Below, piece by piece: positions 27,071 to 36,609 of a stretch of 64,000 bases of DNA. Positions within the stretch are counted from its first letter, which is position 1, and each line of letters opens with the position of its first letter. The stretch covers positions 105,751 to 169,750 of the IMG/VR virus record IMGVR_UViG_3300021961_008712; one strand, given 5' to 3'. Below the pieces are notes generated by a model. The model worked only from the letters and a program-made list of their open reading frames with translations, searched no databases and was not told the DNA's origin. A program made the translations under genes and the position numbers. Source of the DNA: a virus.

Positions 27071-27439
27071 ATGAAAAAATTATCAATACTATTATTAATA
27101 TTAGTAGCAGGCTGTATAACAGATCCTATTGAAGACTTTAAGTACACTATTGAAACTCCCGAATCACTAATGATAGAAGATTTCAAAGGTATAAAATTAG
27201 AGTCCTATATAGTTACTGAAGAAGTTAGAATAAATGCTAAGCTACCCACGGCTGGTAAATATAGAATTAAGATAAGAAATTTTACTAGTACAGTAGTAAG
27301 TCAAGAAATCATAAACGGAGATGCAGGAGACAATATTCTGAATGTTTATGTTAGAACTTTAGAGCCAAGCTCTTATACAATAGAACTATTAACTGAAGAC
27401 AATCTTCTAGTTGGAAGATCTGCTTTCGCAATTAATTAA
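27071..27439 (+). CDS. Lipoprotein with T9SS-CTD-like Ig domain
   Basis: Lipobox LVAGC. Y.IKI.N....V......G.N.L.V....L...SY.IEL pattern. Confidence 0.6.
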   Translation: MKKLSILLLILVAGCITDPIEDFKYTIETPESLMIEDFKGIKLESYIVTEEVRINAKLPTAGKYRIKIRNFTSTVVSQEIINGDAGDNILNVYVRTLEPSSYTIELLTEDNLLVGRSAFAIN

Positions 27440-27443
27440 AAAG

Positions 27444-27722
27444 ATGGAAGAAAAATCAGAAGGCGGCTTTTTTAGCCAAATTAAAAACCAGGTAATAACT
27501 ACGGTTGGCGTTATTATAACTGCCGCTGGAGGATTGGTTGTTACTAACATGGAAACTATCTTTGGTGTTCAATCAGAACCAGAGAAAGTAGAAGTGGTAA
27601 ACGATAGTAAAAGCCCTATAAAGGAAAGCAGCAAAGATACTATCGTAGTTATTCAAAAAACAGAGAAGCCAGTTCTAGTGAAACCGGCTCCTCAGAAAAA
27701 AGAAAGAGAACTTGATTGGTAA
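27444..27722 (+). CDS. Membrane-anchored hypothetical protein
   Basis: One TM helix. ATG at 27444. Confidence 0.6.
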   Translation: MEEKSEGGFFSQIKNQVITTVGVIITAAGGLVVTNMETIFGVQSEPEKVEVVNDSKSPIKESSKDTIVVIQKTEKPVLVKPAPQKKERELDW

Positions 27723-27739
27723 CCTTTAATTTAACAACT

Positions 27740-27964
27740 ATGACACAAGCTATTAAATTCGTCACAACCCCTTTCATTGAAATATATGAAGAAATTTTCA
27801 AACAGCCAACTTTAGGCTTAAAAATCTTACAAAGTCTTATATTCCTCTGGGTAACAGGATTATTTTTACTCTTTGTTGTCGGATGGACAACATTAGTAGT
27901 CGCTATGATTATTGGTAAAGCTGATTTTAGTAACGCTACGTTTGGGGTATTTGATTACCTGTGA
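27740..27964 (+). CDS. Small membrane protein
   Basis: Long hydrophobic segment. Confidence 0.6.
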   Translation: MTQAIKFVTTPFIEIYEEIFKQPTLGLKILQSLIFLWVTGLFLLFVVGWTTLVVAMIIGKADFSNATFGVFDYL

Positions 27965-28683
27965 TTAAATACATTACTACAGTACTGCTTGCGGTATTAT
28001 CCTGTAGTAGTACTTTTGCCCAAGTTGTCGGGAAAACAACAACGGAGTCTTATCAATCTGACTTTGAAAAAAAAGCCTCAATATATTCAATACCAGAATA
28101 CAATGGTGAACCCGTTCCTGTTGCTCTCCTAGACATAGGTGTATCAGAAGAAGTTTTAAATCAGTACCCAGAACTTAGAGACGGTAGAGTAGGTCTTGGA
28201 CTTACTAATATTACTGTTGCATTCTTAGATGAAACCTTTAGATTCGAATTTGTAGAAACTAGAGAAGAAATCAAAGATAGAATGGTAACGCAGTATAAGG
28301 CATCTCAAAAAGGGTTTACTGCAAACCAAACTAATATAGTTGGTAAAATTACATTAGCTAAATACTTCTGCTATGTAGAGGTATATGACTACTCTGTATC
28401 TGAAGATGAAACTGTAAACTTAAAAGACGGTATAGAAAATACTTTAGTAACAAGATTAGGACTACAAGTTCGTATGGTTGATGCTGAAACAGGATTATAT
28501 ATGACTGGTTCAGGATTAGGAGATGCGATTACTAAGAGAGAACTGACATTCTTAAACGATTCCAATTTAGATGAAGTACAATTTAACTCTTCATCAGTAG
28601 GTGTTGCTACTAGAAAAGCTCTAGAAACAGCAGTAGCTAAAATTGTAAAAAGAATGATTCAGAAGAAAGTCTTTGATCATTAA
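27961..28683 (+). CDS. csgG: CsgG/HfaB family protein
   Basis: Signal peptide, GLG...L..T.RF.FVE.R, LQVRMVDAETG..G.G and G.A.RKALE. Confidence 0.7.
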   Translation: MIKYITTVLLAVLSCSSTFAQVVGKTTTESYQSDFEKKASIYSIPEYNGEPVPVALLDIGVSEEVLNQYPELRDGRVGLGLTNITVAFLDETFRFEFVETREEIKDRMVTQYKASQKGFTANQTNIVGKITLAKYFCYVEVYDYSVSEDETVNLKDGIENTLVTRLGLQVRMVDAETGLYMTGSGLGDAITKRELTFLNDSNLDEVQFNSSSVGVATRKALETAVAKIVKRMIQKKVFDH

Positions 28684-28688
28684 TTGTT

Positions 28689-30191
28689 ATGAGAAGGTTA
28701 CTACTCGTTTTATTATTTGCTGCAATAGGTACGGGCAAGAGCTATTCACAGGCTCTTGTCCAAACCTACGTAGATAGATGTACAGGACAAGTACACGTTT
28801 TTTCTGTACCTATGACCGGTCAAACAGTAGTAGCTTTTTATAATAAATCCAGAACTTTTACTGCTCAAGAATTTACTGACGGTACCTTACAGGCATGGTT
28901 AGAACAAACCTATCAGTGGTGGTCTGCATTATCTCCTTGTTCTACAAATCAAGCTAACACTACAACAACTCAACAAACCACAACACAGGCAACTAGTCAA
29001 GCAACAACCGCAGCAACTAATGCTACTCAAAATACTACAACAAATGCAACAACAGGATCAACAAACACAAACAGTACAGCAACCACTGGAGGAACTTCCT
29101 CAGGGGACACCAGTTCCGGAAGTACAGGAAGCGGAACTGAAAGTGGGTCTTCTAACTCGAATTCGGGTTCAAGCTCTTCAGATACAGGTGGTACTTCTGG
29201 AGATGGTAATAGCGGGGATGGAGGTTCATCCGGAGACGGAGGAGGCTCTAGCGGAGAAGAAGGCTCTGGTGGAGGAGAAGAAACTAAAAATGAAGAATCT
29301 AATGAACAAAAGTCTGAAGAAAGCTCTGAAGAAAGCTCTGAAGAAAAAGAAGAAGTAGAAAAAGAAGAGAGTTCAGAAGAAGAAGAAGAAAAGAAAGAAG
29401 AATCATCGGAAGACTCCTCAGAAGAAGAAGAAAAGAAAGAAGAAAAGAAAAAGAAATTAGCTCCTCCAGTCATAGCTGCTAACTTAGTAACAATGTCCAT
29501 GCTTGATGGTACTTTATCTCAAGCAGCATCTTTTGGGTATTCTCAATCATCTCTTACAGGTCTAGATACCTATAACGTAAATGGAATGTTATGGTCAAAC
29601 CTTCAACAATACAGTATCAACCTATCTAAAAGCCATGTATTTTTCAACTATGATAAACCGAGAGAAGTTAAAATTAAAAATGCTTTTGGAGAAGAAGAAA
29701 TTTTAGGAACAGTACTTGAAAGAGGTTCTATTCTCAAGGTTCAATCTATATCTGCAGGATACATGAAAATGTTTACTACTGATATCATAACAGTAGGAAT
29801 TAGTGATGTATTCTTAGGACAAAAAGATAACTTCTGGAAAGGTTTTGCAGGAGGATGGGCATTTACTGGAATGGTAATGTTCATGGATGAAGTTAACCCC
29901 TTATTTACATCAGCTATAACAGTGTTTGGTACTAAACCATTCATTGTACCTTTCTACAAAAGACTAACCGTAGCACCAATGTTAGCATATTCAGCTACGC
30001 CCTTAACGGTGGATCTTAAAACTAGACAGGGATATTATGATATCAATGGCTCATATGTAATTGGTAGCAATTTTGACTTTAACCTTACTCAGAGATTTAA
30101 AGCTAATATAGGGTTTACTACAATTGGTTCAACTATTAAGGACGTTCCACTGAGCTGGGCTATTACGGTTGGCTCTAGATTCGCTTTTTAG
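28689..30191 (+). CDS. Outer-membrane beta-barrel-like protein with Thr/Gly-Ser/Glu low-complexity stalk
   Basis: Signal peptide, Cys pair, T/Q-rich then G/S-rich then E/K-rich linker, and an amphipathic C-terminus ending GSRFAF. Confidence 0.65.
   Translation: MRRLLLVLLFAAIGTGKSYSQALVQTYVDRCTGQVHVFSVPMTGQTVVAFYNKSRTFTAQEFTDGTLQAWLEQTYQWWSALSPCSTNQANTTTTQQTTTQATSQATTAATNATQNTTTNATTGSTNTNSTATTGGTSSGDTSSGSTGSGTESGSSNSNSGSSSSDTGGTSGDGNSGDGGSSGDGGGSSGEEGSGGGEETKNEESNEQKSEESSEESSEEKEEVEKEESSEEEEEKKEESSEDSSEEEEKKEEKKKKLAPPVIAANLVTMSMLDGTLSQAASFGYSQSSLTGLDTYNVNGMLWSNLQQYSINLSKSHVFFNYDKPREVKIKNAFGEEEILGTVLERGSILKVQSISAGYMKMFTTDIITVGISDVFLGQKDNFWKGFAGGWAFTGMVMFMDEVNPLFTSAITVFGTKPFIVPFYKRLTVAPMLAYSATPLTVDLKTRQGYYDINGSYVIGSNFDFNLTQRFKANIGFTTIGSTIKDVPLSWAITVGSRFAF
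29313..29347 (+). repeat. 12-bp tandem repeat (TCTGAAGAAAGC, ~3 copies) within CDS
   Basis: Directly visible. Encodes SEES repeats. Confidence 0.8.
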
Positions 30192-30236
30192 AACTATTTA
30201 TATTAAAGTAAGTTTCACTAATTAAATTCGTTACAT

Positions 30237-30500
30237 ATGTTAAAACGTATAAAAACTTCAATTAGAAACATTATGGCATTTAAAGAAATTTTTAAAGACA
30301 ATAACGACTACAACGAAAAAACCGTAATCGGTTTTATGTCGTTCGCAATAATGGTAATTTTTGCCTTTGCAGATATTATCACAGGTTTTGTTGGTAAAGA
30401 TTTAGTAGTACAAGAATTTATTTATAATTCCTTTACTATTATTACTTTAGGTAGCTTTGGTATTGCTGGATTAGAAAAATTTGCAGGTAAAAAAGAATAA
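30237..30500 (+). CDS. Putative holin
   Basis: Two TM helices, basic C-terminus, directly upstream of the endolysin. Alternative start at 30273. Confidence 0.6.
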   Translation: MLKRIKTSIRNIMAFKEIFKDNNDYNEKTVIGFMSFAIMVIFAFADIITGFVGKDLVVQEFIYNSFTIITLGSFGIAGLEKFAGKKE

Positions 30501-30512
30501 ACTAAACTAACT

Positions 30513-31436
30513 ATGTTGTTAAAAATTGGCTCAAAAGGAGAACTTGTAAAGGACGTACAAGAGGTAGTTGGTGTTACAGCCGATGGTCACTTTGGTCCTG
30601 GTACGGAAGCTGCAGTAAAAAAATGGCAAGCAGCTAATGGATTGACTGCCGATGGATTAGTAGGAAGGGGAACGTTAGGTAAAATGGGCTTAGCCGATAC
30701 TGATGCCTCATTAGCCGTAGAAGCTTCAACTAAACCTACTGGAAACTATACTAAAAATAAGTACACTACATCAAACGGATTAGAAGTAGTAGAGTATTTT
30801 ATGCCTAGTGATGAATATTTACCTGGCCCAGTAAAACCTGAGTGGGTATTTTTACACCATACTGCCGGATGGCATAACCCTTACCAGACAGTTAAAGCTT
30901 GGGATGCTGATACTATTGGAAAAATAGCTACTGAGTTTGTAATGGGTGGACCGTCAGTTAAAGGAAATGATGATCAATACGACGGAGAAATGGTACAAGC
31001 ATTTCCGGCTGGCAATTGGGGCTACCATTTAGGTAAAAACGGTTCTCAAACTATGCATAAAAATTCTGTAGGTATAGAAGTATGTAACTTTGGATACGTA
31101 GTTAATGGAAAGACATATGCTGGAGCATCTGTTGATTCTTCACAGATAGTTAAATTAGCTAAACCTTTCCGCGGACATACAGATTGGCATAGATACTCAG
31201 ATAAGCAAATAGAGGTATTGCAAAAATGGATACTTTGGATTGCAGAAAGAGACAGCATAGATGTACGAGCAGGACTTCCTGCTTTGATTAAAAAGAATGG
31301 AGCAGACGCTTTTGAATTCAACGAAGATGCTTATTATGGAAAAGTAAAAGGTCTGTGGACTCATACTAATACACGTAAAGATAAAGTAGACATGTTCCCT
31401 CAACAGGAATTAATGGACATGTTAGTTGGATTGTAA
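30513..31436 (+). CDS. Endolysin: PG-binding domain + N-acetylmuramoyl-L-alanine amidase
   Basis: ADGHFGPGT..AVKKWQ..GL.ADGLVG, LHHTAG, SVGIEVCN and THT..RKDK.D. Confidence 0.9.
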   Translation: MLLKIGSKGELVKDVQEVVGVTADGHFGPGTEAAVKKWQAANGLTADGLVGRGTLGKMGLADTDASLAVEASTKPTGNYTKNKYTTSNGLEVVEYFMPSDEYLPGPVKPEWVFLHHTAGWHNPYQTVKAWDADTIGKIATEFVMGGPSVKGNDDQYDGEMVQAFPAGNWGYHLGKNGSQTMHKNSVGIEVCNFGYVVNGKTYAGASVDSSQIVKLAKPFRGHTDWHRYSDKQIEVLQKWILWIAERDSIDVRAGLPALIKKNGADAFEFNEDAYYGKVKGLWTHTNTRKDKVDMFPQQELMDMLVGL

Positions 31437-31460
31437 AAGATTTATTACTATATTAATTAT

Positions 31461-31829
31461 ATGAAGAACAAAGGTATATTAGGATACATGCTGTTCATGG
31501 TACTTGGTATCGTGGTAGCATGGTTGTATTTTAACCAAACTAAGATAGATATTGATATTGAGTCTTATGAAACTCAAATTAATATACTCCGAGAAGAGGT
31601 TGACTCCCTATCCGCTAAGAATGATAGCTTACAAATAGAAGCTGTATCGTTAAAAGGAAAACTAAACGAATACGATACGAAAATTAAAACTCTTAATACT
31701 AGAATATATGTTATCAAACAAGAAACTCAAGTTAAGCTTGATGCTATTGATCAGTTTGGTGATGACGAGCTCGAGCGCTTTTTCGCAGAACGCTACGCTG
31801 CCGACTCAATCGCTAACGGACAGCAGTAA
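31461..31829 (+). CDS. Membrane-anchored coiled-coil protein (i-spanin-like)
   Basis: N-terminal TM helix plus coiled coil, after the endolysin. Confidence 0.6.
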   Translation: MKNKGILGYMLFMVLGIVVAWLYFNQTKIDIDIESYETQINILREEVDSLSAKNDSLQIEAVSLKGKLNEYDTKIKTLNTRIYVIKQETQVKLDAIDQFGDDELERFFAERYAADSIANGQQ

Positions 31830-32157
31830 AATACAGCTCACAAAGCCTATTGCTAGATTAGTGATAAAGGACTTGGTGAAGTATGACGGTACATTATTGC
31901 AGCTACAAACATTGCAGCAAATTATAGAAGAAACTAATAGTAAGTTACTTACTCAATCTGATTTAGTTACAAATCTAGAGTTTCAAATTGTAAATTACAA
32001 TTCGCAAATCAGAGCATTAGACGATCAAATTAGATTAGAAGTTCAATTGAGACAAGAGTTTGAAAAAGTACTTAAGCGGGAGAAAAGGAAGTCAGCTATT
32101 TATAAAGTAACATCTATCGTAGGTGCTACAGCTACTCTCTTACTTCTAGTAAAATGA
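31708..32157 (+). CDS. Secreted coiled-coil protein (spanin partner-like)
   Basis: Signal peptide, coiled coil and C-terminal hydrophobic tail. Overlaps the previous ORF by 122 nt. Confidence 0.55.
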   Translation: MLSNKKLKLSLMLLISLVMTSSSAFSQNATLPTQSLTDSSKIQLTKPIARLVIKDLVKYDGTLLQLQTLQQIIEETNSKLLTQSDLVTNLEFQIVNYNSQIRALDDQIRLEVQLRQEFEKVLKREKRKSAIYKVTSIVGATATLLLLVK

Positions 32158-33269
32158 TTAAAAGATTAAAAGCAAACATTTTTCCATCGATAATAGCTCT
32201 TTCAGCATTATCGGTCTCTTTATCTGCAGCATTTTATTCTGTTAGTGGACTATCAAAACTATTTGCCGGAGCTAGCTTTGAAGTAATAATAATGGCTGCC
32301 TCTTTAGAAGTAGCTAAATTAGTTATTGCATCCCTACTATACCAGTATTGGGACACGTTGAATAAACTTCTCAGAACGTATCTTACTGTATCTGCTGCAG
32401 TATTAGTATTGATTACTAGTATGGGTATATATGGATTTTTGAGTGCGGCATATCAAGAATCATACTCTAAACTTAATGTCAGTTTAAACGAAATTTCGTT
32501 TCTTGAAAGTAAAGCTAAATTCTATGAGGATGATGTTATAAGATACGATGCTGAGCTTGAAAGAATATCTAACAATATAGGTACTTTATCATCTGCTAAA
32601 TCTCAACAAATTCAATATACTGATGCAGATGGAACAGTTAGAAACACTGTATCAACTGCAGAACTAAGACTAGCACAGTCTCGTATTGCAACTGAAGAGG
32701 TAAACAGACAAGAAGTAAACAAAAAGCGAACGATTGCTGCTGATAGTCTACAGAAGTATAGAGTTGAAATATTAGAACTTCAAAACAATTCAGAACTTGC
32801 CGCAGAGTTAGGCCCACTGCAATACCTTTCCGGACTTACCGGAGCTCCAATGGATAAAATTATTAATATTTTACTGTTGGTTATAATATTTGTATTTGAT
32901 CCTTTAGCTATATCATTGGTAGTAGCAGCAAACTTTGCATTTGATCAAGCCAATAAAAAGAACCTCTATAATGAGTATGAAGATGAAATAGAGCCTGATT
33001 TATGGGATGATGAGCCATGGGAAGATGATTTACCAGATGAAGCTAACGGTAACGAAGGAGAACATTATGATATAGATATTAATGATGTAGAACTTAAAGT
33101 TAGCGATGATTGGCAAATTCGTAATGAAGATGATACAGAAATTACTGAAAAAAAAGTAAAAAGAGTTTTACAGAAGACACCTACTAGAAAAAGAGTTGAA
33201 TTTACTGACGGCTCAGAAGGGTGGGTTAATAAAGCAGATGAAAATGACAACAAAATTACTTACTTCTAG
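32154..33269 (+). CDS. Multi-TM coiled-coil membrane protein with acidic tail
   Basis: Three N-terminal TM helices, coiled coil and IIFVFDPLAI TM helix. Confidence 0.75.
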   Translation: MIKRLKANIFPSIIALSALSVSLSAAFYSVSGLSKLFAGASFEVIIMAASLEVAKLVIASLLYQYWDTLNKLLRTYLTVSAAVLVLITSMGIYGFLSAAYQESYSKLNVSLNEISFLESKAKFYEDDVIRYDAELERISNNIGTLSSAKSQQIQYTDADGTVRNTVSTAELRLAQSRIATEEVNRQEVNKKRTIAADSLQKYRVEILELQNNSELAAELGPLQYLSGLTGAPMDKIINILLLVIIFVFDPLAISLVVAANFAFDQANKKNLYNEYEDEIEPDLWDDEPWEDDLPDEANGNEGEHYDIDINDVELKVSDDWQIRNEDDTEITEKKVKRVLQKTPTRKRVEFTDGSEGWVNKADENDNKITYF

Positions 33270-33328
33270 TAGGTTTATAACAAGTTTGTTCGTATATTAA
33301 ATTTTAAGTTATAATAAAAAGGTAAATA

Positions 33329-33547
33329 ATGGCACAGTTTAGAGTTATTCGTATGCTCGAAAAGACCTTCGAAGCACAGAAAGAAAGGGCGCTACTCACT
33401 TTAGAACTTCTTACCGAACATCCCGCAGGTATAGGAGATCACTCTACTCAAGATTTTTATAATAATGCAGAAGAAGCAATTAAAGCGTTGGCAGAAGCCG
33501 ATGACGTTTTACAAGCAATTTCTAATTACTTCGGAGACAATGTCTGA
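33329..33547 (+). CDS. Hypothetical protein (PAGIGDH motif)
   Basis: ORF after a class I motif at 33269-33298. Confidence 0.7.
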   Translation: MAQFRVIRMLEKTFEAQKERALLTLELLTEHPAGIGDHSTQDFYNNAEEAIKALAEADDVLQAISNYFGDNV

Positions 33548-33926
33548 TAGAGAAATTATGAATGCAAAGAGGGGCATACCAGGTAAGTACCCTACAGCAG
33601 TAGAAACGTTAAAAAACGAATATCCAACAATCTATAATGGATATAAACAGATTATTGATGAACAGTTTGAACTGTTTGCTAAAAAGCATTTAGACTACGG
33701 TATGGGAAATATCTCAGCTGGTACTGAGCTATCTAACGCTCAAGAAAAAGAGTTTGCTATGACAGGTTTATGGTATAGACTTTCAGATAAGATCAATAGA
33801 TGGAAGAATATGATCATAACGAATAGAGGTCCACAAAACGAATCTCTTTTAGATACTTTTCAAGACATTACAAACTACGGAATTATTGCTCAATTAGTAC
33901 ATAAGGGCATGTGGAAGAAAGACTAA
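33540..33926 (+). CDS. DUF1599 / nucleotide-modification-associated domain protein
   Basis: FAKKHLDYG..NI, RLSDKINR and ESLLDTFQDITNYGII. Confidence 0.8.
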   Translation: MSDREIMNAKRGIPGKYPTAVETLKNEYPTIYNGYKQIIDEQFELFAKKHLDYGMGNISAGTELSNAQEKEFAMTGLWYRLSDKINRWKNMIITNRGPQNESLLDTFQDITNYGIIAQLVHKGMWKKD

Positions 33927-34020
33927 GTTCTGGTTGGAATTCTGCTAAAAATTTCGTATCTTATGTGTAAGATTAAGTGCTAGGGCTATATCAAGCGTTG
34001 GCTAGTATAAACTAATATTA

Positions 34021-34941
34021 ATGGTTATGGCCAAAAAATTATCGGGTAAAGTAAAAGAAGTTTGGGAAAGTAAGATTAAACAAACTCCTTCTCAATACAC
34101 CCATATTTCATATAGCTCTCTTAGTACATATAGTAAATGTCCTAAACTATGGGAACTTCAATACCTTCGCAATGTTGTTCCCTTCACTCAGTCTATCTAT
34201 ACCTGTTTTGGTACTGCAATGCATGAAACTATTCAAGAATGGTTAACTGTAATGTACCACGAATCAGTTAAAGCCGCTAATGCTATAGATTTAGATAAGT
34301 TACTATATGCTAATATGGTCAAAGCATATAAGATTGGAAAAGCTCAAATGGGACACGAACACTTTTCGTCAGCAGATGAGCTTAATCAATTCTTTATAGA
34401 CGGTAAACATATACTTGACTTCTTAAAAAAGAAACGCTCAGCATACTTCAGTAGTAAAACTATGATGCTTGCAGGTGTAGAGACCTTACTATATCAAGAG
34501 TTACGTCCTGGTGTAGCATTCAAAGGACTTGTAGATTTAGTATTCTATAATCCTAATAGTGATTCATGGACTATTATGGATATTAAAACCTCTACAATGG
34601 GCTGGCGTGATAATCAGAAGAAAAATCCTAATGTAACAGCACAAGTTATTCTTTATAAGGAGTTCTTTTCTAAGCAATTCGATATAGATAAATCTAAGAT
34701 AGACGTTCAGTACTTTATAGTAAAACGTAGAGTTCCTGCAGAAGCTGATTTCCCTGCCATGACCAAACGTGTACAGGAATTCTCTCCTGCTGCAGGTCCT
34801 AGAAAGTCTAAGCAAGTACTAGACTTACTGAATAAGTTTATTGATGACGTAGTTGCTGATGATGGTTCCTTTATAGATAAAGAATATAAATGTAATAATC
34901 CATTAGGAAAATGTTCTGATTGTAGCCCTTTTTTAAATTAA
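34021..34941 (+). CDS. PD-(D/E)XK Cas4/RecB-like exonuclease
   Basis: ISYSSL.TY.KCP, FGTAMHE, GLVDLV, IMDIKTS, Q..LY and C-terminal Cys cluster. Confidence 0.88.
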   Translation: MVMAKKLSGKVKEVWESKIKQTPSQYTHISYSSLSTYSKCPKLWELQYLRNVVPFTQSIYTCFGTAMHETIQEWLTVMYHESVKAANAIDLDKLLYANMVKAYKIGKAQMGHEHFSSADELNQFFIDGKHILDFLKKKRSAYFSSKTMMLAGVETLLYQELRPGVAFKGLVDLVFYNPNSDSWTIMDIKTSTMGWRDNQKKNPNVTAQVILYKEFFSKQFDIDKSKIDVQYFIVKRRVPAEADFPAMTKRVQEFSPAAGPRKSKQVLDLLNKFIDDVVADDGSFIDKEYKCNNPLGKCSDCSPFLN

Positions 34942-34945
34942 AGAC

Positions 34946-34961
34946 TATTTATATATAAATA
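34946..34961. promoter_or_regulatory. Perfect 16-bp palindrome TATTTATATATAAATA containing the class II core
   Basis: Directly visible upstream of 34979. Confidence 0.5.
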
Positions 34962-34978
34962 TATAAGTATATATAGTT

Positions 34979-35176
34979 ATGAAAGAAGAGAAACTTACAT
35001 CAGTAAAAATTACACAGCCATTATTTGACGAGTTTAAAATGGCATCCTTACAGAACAACTTTTCGTTTAAAAAGCTTGCAGATAGAGCAATTTTTCTTTA
35101 TCTTACTAATAAGGAATTCCGTGAATTAATTCATAAACAAACAAATTTAAAATTAAAAGTTACGAATGAAAGATAA
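34979..35176 (+). CDS. Ribbon-helix-helix-like small DNA-binding protein
   Basis: LTSVKI beta-strand followed by two helices (LFDEFK; FKKLADRAIFLY). Confidence 0.55.
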   Translation: MKEEKLTSVKITQPLFDEFKMASLQNNFSFKKLADRAIFLYLTNKEFRELIHKQTNLKLKVTNER

Positions 35177-36608
35177 GTTTTTACCTTTACCGAAAAACGA
35201 GCGTAAAAAAATCTTACTGCTGTGTGATGATATAAGAATGCATTCTGGTATCGGTACAATGGCAAGAGAATTTGTGCTTGGTACAGCACACCATTTCAAC
35301 TGGTTTAATGTTGGAGCAGCAATTAAACACGGAGATAAAGGTAAAGTATTAGACCTTTCAGAAGACATTAACAAGACATTAGGAATGACTGATGCAGATG
35401 TTAGGGTTCTTCCTTATGATGGGTATGGTGATCCAATGCTTATACGTACGCTTCTTAAGCAGGAAAAACCAGATGCTATTTTTATCTTTACAGATCCTAG
35501 ATACTGGGTATGGTTATTTGAAATAGAAAGAGAAGTTCGAACTCAAGTACCTATTATATGGTTAAATATTTGGGATGATTATCCCGCTCCTAATTACAAT
35601 AAACATTATTACGATTCAGTTGATGCTTTATTAGCAATCTCTCAACAAACTCAAGTAATTAATGAATTAGTATTAAAAGAAAAAATAGATACAAAAATCT
35701 CAGAATATATTCCTCACGGTATTAATCATGAACTTTTCAAACCTATTGAGGATAAGAATTCAAAAGAGTTTTTAGATTTTAAGAATGGAGTACTACATAA
35801 TAAAGATTATGATTTTATAGTATTCTTCAATTCTAGAAACATTCATAGAAAAAGACCAGGAGACGTAATACTATCTTATAGAATGTTCTGTGATATGATA
35901 GGCAAAGAGAAAGCAGCTAAGTGTGCTCTTATAATGCATACGGCTTCTGTGGATCCTAACGGTACAGACTTAAATGCAGTCAAAGCAGCTATATGCCCTC
36001 CAGATTACGTAAACGTATATTTTTCTCAGAGCAAGATTAACCCTGCTCAAATGAATGGCCTATATAACTTAGCTGATTTAACTCTTCTCATTTCCTCTAA
36101 CGAAGGTTGGGGGCTATCATTAACTGAATCAATGATGGCAGGTACTATGATTGCAGCTAATGTAACAGGAGGAATGCAAGATCAAATGAGATTCGAAGAT
36201 GATAATGGTAACTGGGTTAAGCTATCTAAAGACTTTCCTTCTAACCATAGAGGTACGTATAAGAAGTGTGGTGCTTGGGCTGAGCCTATTTTTCCTAATA
36301 ACATTTCATTAGCAGGTTCTCCTCCTACACCGTATATTTTTGATGATAGATGCTCACCAGAAGACACTGCTAAAGCTATTTTAAATGTTTATGTATTATC
36401 TCCTGAAGAGAGAAACGAAAGAGGATTAAAAGGTAGAGAGTGGGCTATGTCTGAAGAAGCAGGCTTCACAGGAGAGAAAATGAGTAATAGAATTATTAAT
36501 GCTGTGGATAAAAGTATTGAATCGTTTGTACCTAGGTCTAATTTTGATTTAGTTATTGCCGATGAAAGACCCTCAGTAATGGTTGAACATAAATTAGCAG
36601 GTTATTGA
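35166..36608 (+). CDS. GT4 glycosyltransferase
   Basis: RNIHRKR, NEGWGLSLTESM and NVTGG. Confidence 0.88.
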   Translation: MKDKFLPLPKNERKKILLLCDDIRMHSGIGTMAREFVLGTAHHFNWFNVGAAIKHGDKGKVLDLSEDINKTLGMTDADVRVLPYDGYGDPMLIRTLLKQEKPDAIFIFTDPRYWVWLFEIEREVRTQVPIIWLNIWDDYPAPNYNKHYYDSVDALLAISQQTQVINELVLKEKIDTKISEYIPHGINHELFKPIEDKNSKEFLDFKNGVLHNKDYDFIVFFNSRNIHRKRPGDVILSYRMFCDMIGKEKAAKCALIMHTASVDPNGTDLNAVKAAICPPDYVNVYFSQSKINPAQMNGLYNLADLTLLISSNEGWGLSLTESMMAGTMIAANVTGGMQDQMRFEDDNGNWVKLSKDFPSNHRGTYKKCGAWAEPIFPNNISLAGSPPTPYIFDDRCSPEDTAKAILNVYVLSPEERNERGLKGREWAMSEEAGFTGEKMSNRIINAVDKSIESFVPRSNFDLVIADERPSVMVEHKLAGY

Positions 36609-36609
36609 T

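Noticed and set aside
28960-29460. Repetitive region considered as a CRISPR array or VNTR, and long opposite-strand ORF 29027..29500
   Set aside because: Low-complexity coding sequence of the 28689 stalk with no repeat-spacer periodicity. The antisense ORF is a shadow.
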